The notes under the pieces were generated by a model that was not told the DNA's origin, searched no databases, and worked only from the letters and a program-made list of their open reading frames with translations. Of a stretch of DNA of 64,000 nt, positions 62,375-64,000 are shown piece after piece (position 1 is the first letter of the stretch; every line of letters begins with the position of its first letter). The stretch lies in assembly GCA_965213685.1 (NCBI GenBank), contig CBDBZY010000018.1:480001-544000 (forward strand). The letters are read 5' to 3'. Source of the stretch: a bacterium. GTDB taxonomy: Bacteria > UBA8248. Both the position numbers and the translations under genes were made by a program.

Positions 62375-63450
62375 AGACTTTCGGTGGGCGATAAGTGGGT
62401 GATATATGGCTTGCGGTAAGTGGTCGCATGAATAACATTAGCTGGAGTTGTGCACGGTGCGGTACCGACGTAGTACGAGCGTAATGTAATATGATATAGC
62501 ACGGGAGCTTGCACGCAGACGTGTTGACAGCTTTGTTCAGCAGCGACAGCGAAGCAGCCATGAGCCAAAGGTATCCGTAACACAGGAATGCATCCCTACC
62601 CGACGTTTCTACAAACCCGTCCAGACCAACCTGACGTTCCTTCATGCACAACAATTCCACCACTCTGCGTGATTTCTCTGCACTGTGTCCGTACAACCTC
62701 ATGCGACCTTTGGCTCATGGCTGCTTCGCTGTCGCTGCAGAACAATGCTGTAACACGCTCTCTGTGTGCAAGCTCCGGCGCTATGTCATACTCCATCGCT
62801 CGTACTACGTCGGTACCGCACCGTCCATACTCCAGCTAATGCTATTCATGCGACCACTTACCGCAAGCGAATCTTTATCTGACGCACCCTTTTCGAACTT
62901 AGAAATTTGATGCTTTAGCGTGAGGTCAAGGTTCACAATAAAGTGTGGGGGCGCAGTGTGTTCCTATTGCAGAAAACGTGATGTGACAGGTGAGCTTTCT
63001 TTTTTTTTTACATTGGGGTAGGAATAAAGGGGGGGAGCAGGGGTGGCCATGGCCCCCCACTTTCCAGCTATCGTATAGTGTATCAAAGCTTATACAGTTT
63101 TTGTAGGCTGACTTTTGTATATGGGTGTGGCTAGATGCCCCCTCCACTTAAATTATTCTTCATGTATGAACGCAACTTACACTAAGCACTACTTTTGTTT
63201 TGTTATGGTGACTGACAAAGTTTTGCGTTTATACATGGAATTAGGAAGTAAATATAAATTTACGCCTACATGGAGGGGGCATCTAGCCACACCCAAGTCC
63301 ACCTACAAAAACTGCATAAGCTTTGGTGCACTACAATAGCTGAAAACTGGGGGGATATGGCCACTCCTGCTCCCCCACCTCCCCCCCCCCCCCATTCTTA
63401 CCCCCATGTACATGTAAGAAACAAGAAGCTCACCTGTCACATCACGTTAT
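62375..63450. repeat. Two adjacent foldback elements
   Basis: 62408-62570/62708-62868 and 62975-63147/63270-63450 are ~165-bp inverted pairs. Confidence 0.75.
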
Positions 63451-64000
63451 GAATGCACTGACCAAAGTAACTAAAGTTTACTAGCCCCCAGTCAGAGGGG
63501 ATGAAGGGAGATAAGTAATGCAGATAGTGGCATACAAACCCTATAGTTCATGTAGCGACTGACCTGTGCCAGGCTGTGGGGTATGCATGACGAATTAAAT
63601 TATAAAGCAACTGGACATACAAAAACCCAACAGCATTCAGGCAGTGTTCCTGCAGTTCCTTGTCCTCCACCTGACCTGTAGCTACCCATCCTGCCATGAC
63701 AGGTAGGAAACAACTCAGTAGAAGAGTATCAGTCTGCACTGCCACGTGCACACGTCTAGCTGTCTAGCTGTAGAAAGTTCAGCATAGCAGGTCTTAGTCT
63801 CGCGAGAATAAGCAGGTTTGTGCCTCCCGTCGATATTCAAAACTTAAACACCATCAGAGAAGGTGCCTCCTTCGTCTCGTAGTAGCTGTCGCGCAGTCCT
63901 GTCCTAATTCCCTTGACGCATCCACAGTGAACATTCGGACCCCAGATAATGCCCACCGCACCCATACAAACACAAACGGCGTTCAGGAAGTGTTCTTGCA

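Overview
Repeat-saturated, intron-containing eukaryotic DNA. A demosponge-like invertebrate is inferred from TACATGTA/(CA)n richness, a Roc-COR+death gene and Academ/Helentron-type MITEs. Nearly all long ORFs in the track (HT/CV dipeptide repeats) are microsatellite artefacts. Real coding content is a spliced Roc-COR (Roco) + death-domain gene (52.1-55.1 kb, -) with two broken Roc paralog fragments, SIN3 PAH1 pseudo-exons, a decayed CR1/L2-type LINE with two nested insertions, a Penelope-like RT fragment, Ulp1-protease fragments and a bHLH-like ORF. The top finding is two diverged copies (5900-6023 and 31450-31571) of a six-helix RNA carrying the complete hammerhead core in a non-circularly permuted order (GUC -> GAAA -> CUGAUGA). 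Compensatory changes occur in five helices, and an extra two-helix module sits between A9 and G10.1. Each copy lies in a ~0.6-kb cassette embedded in a (CA)n tract, one of them in the middle of an ~11-kb CA-derived higher-order satellite. All calls are by eye; no searches or folding programs were run.
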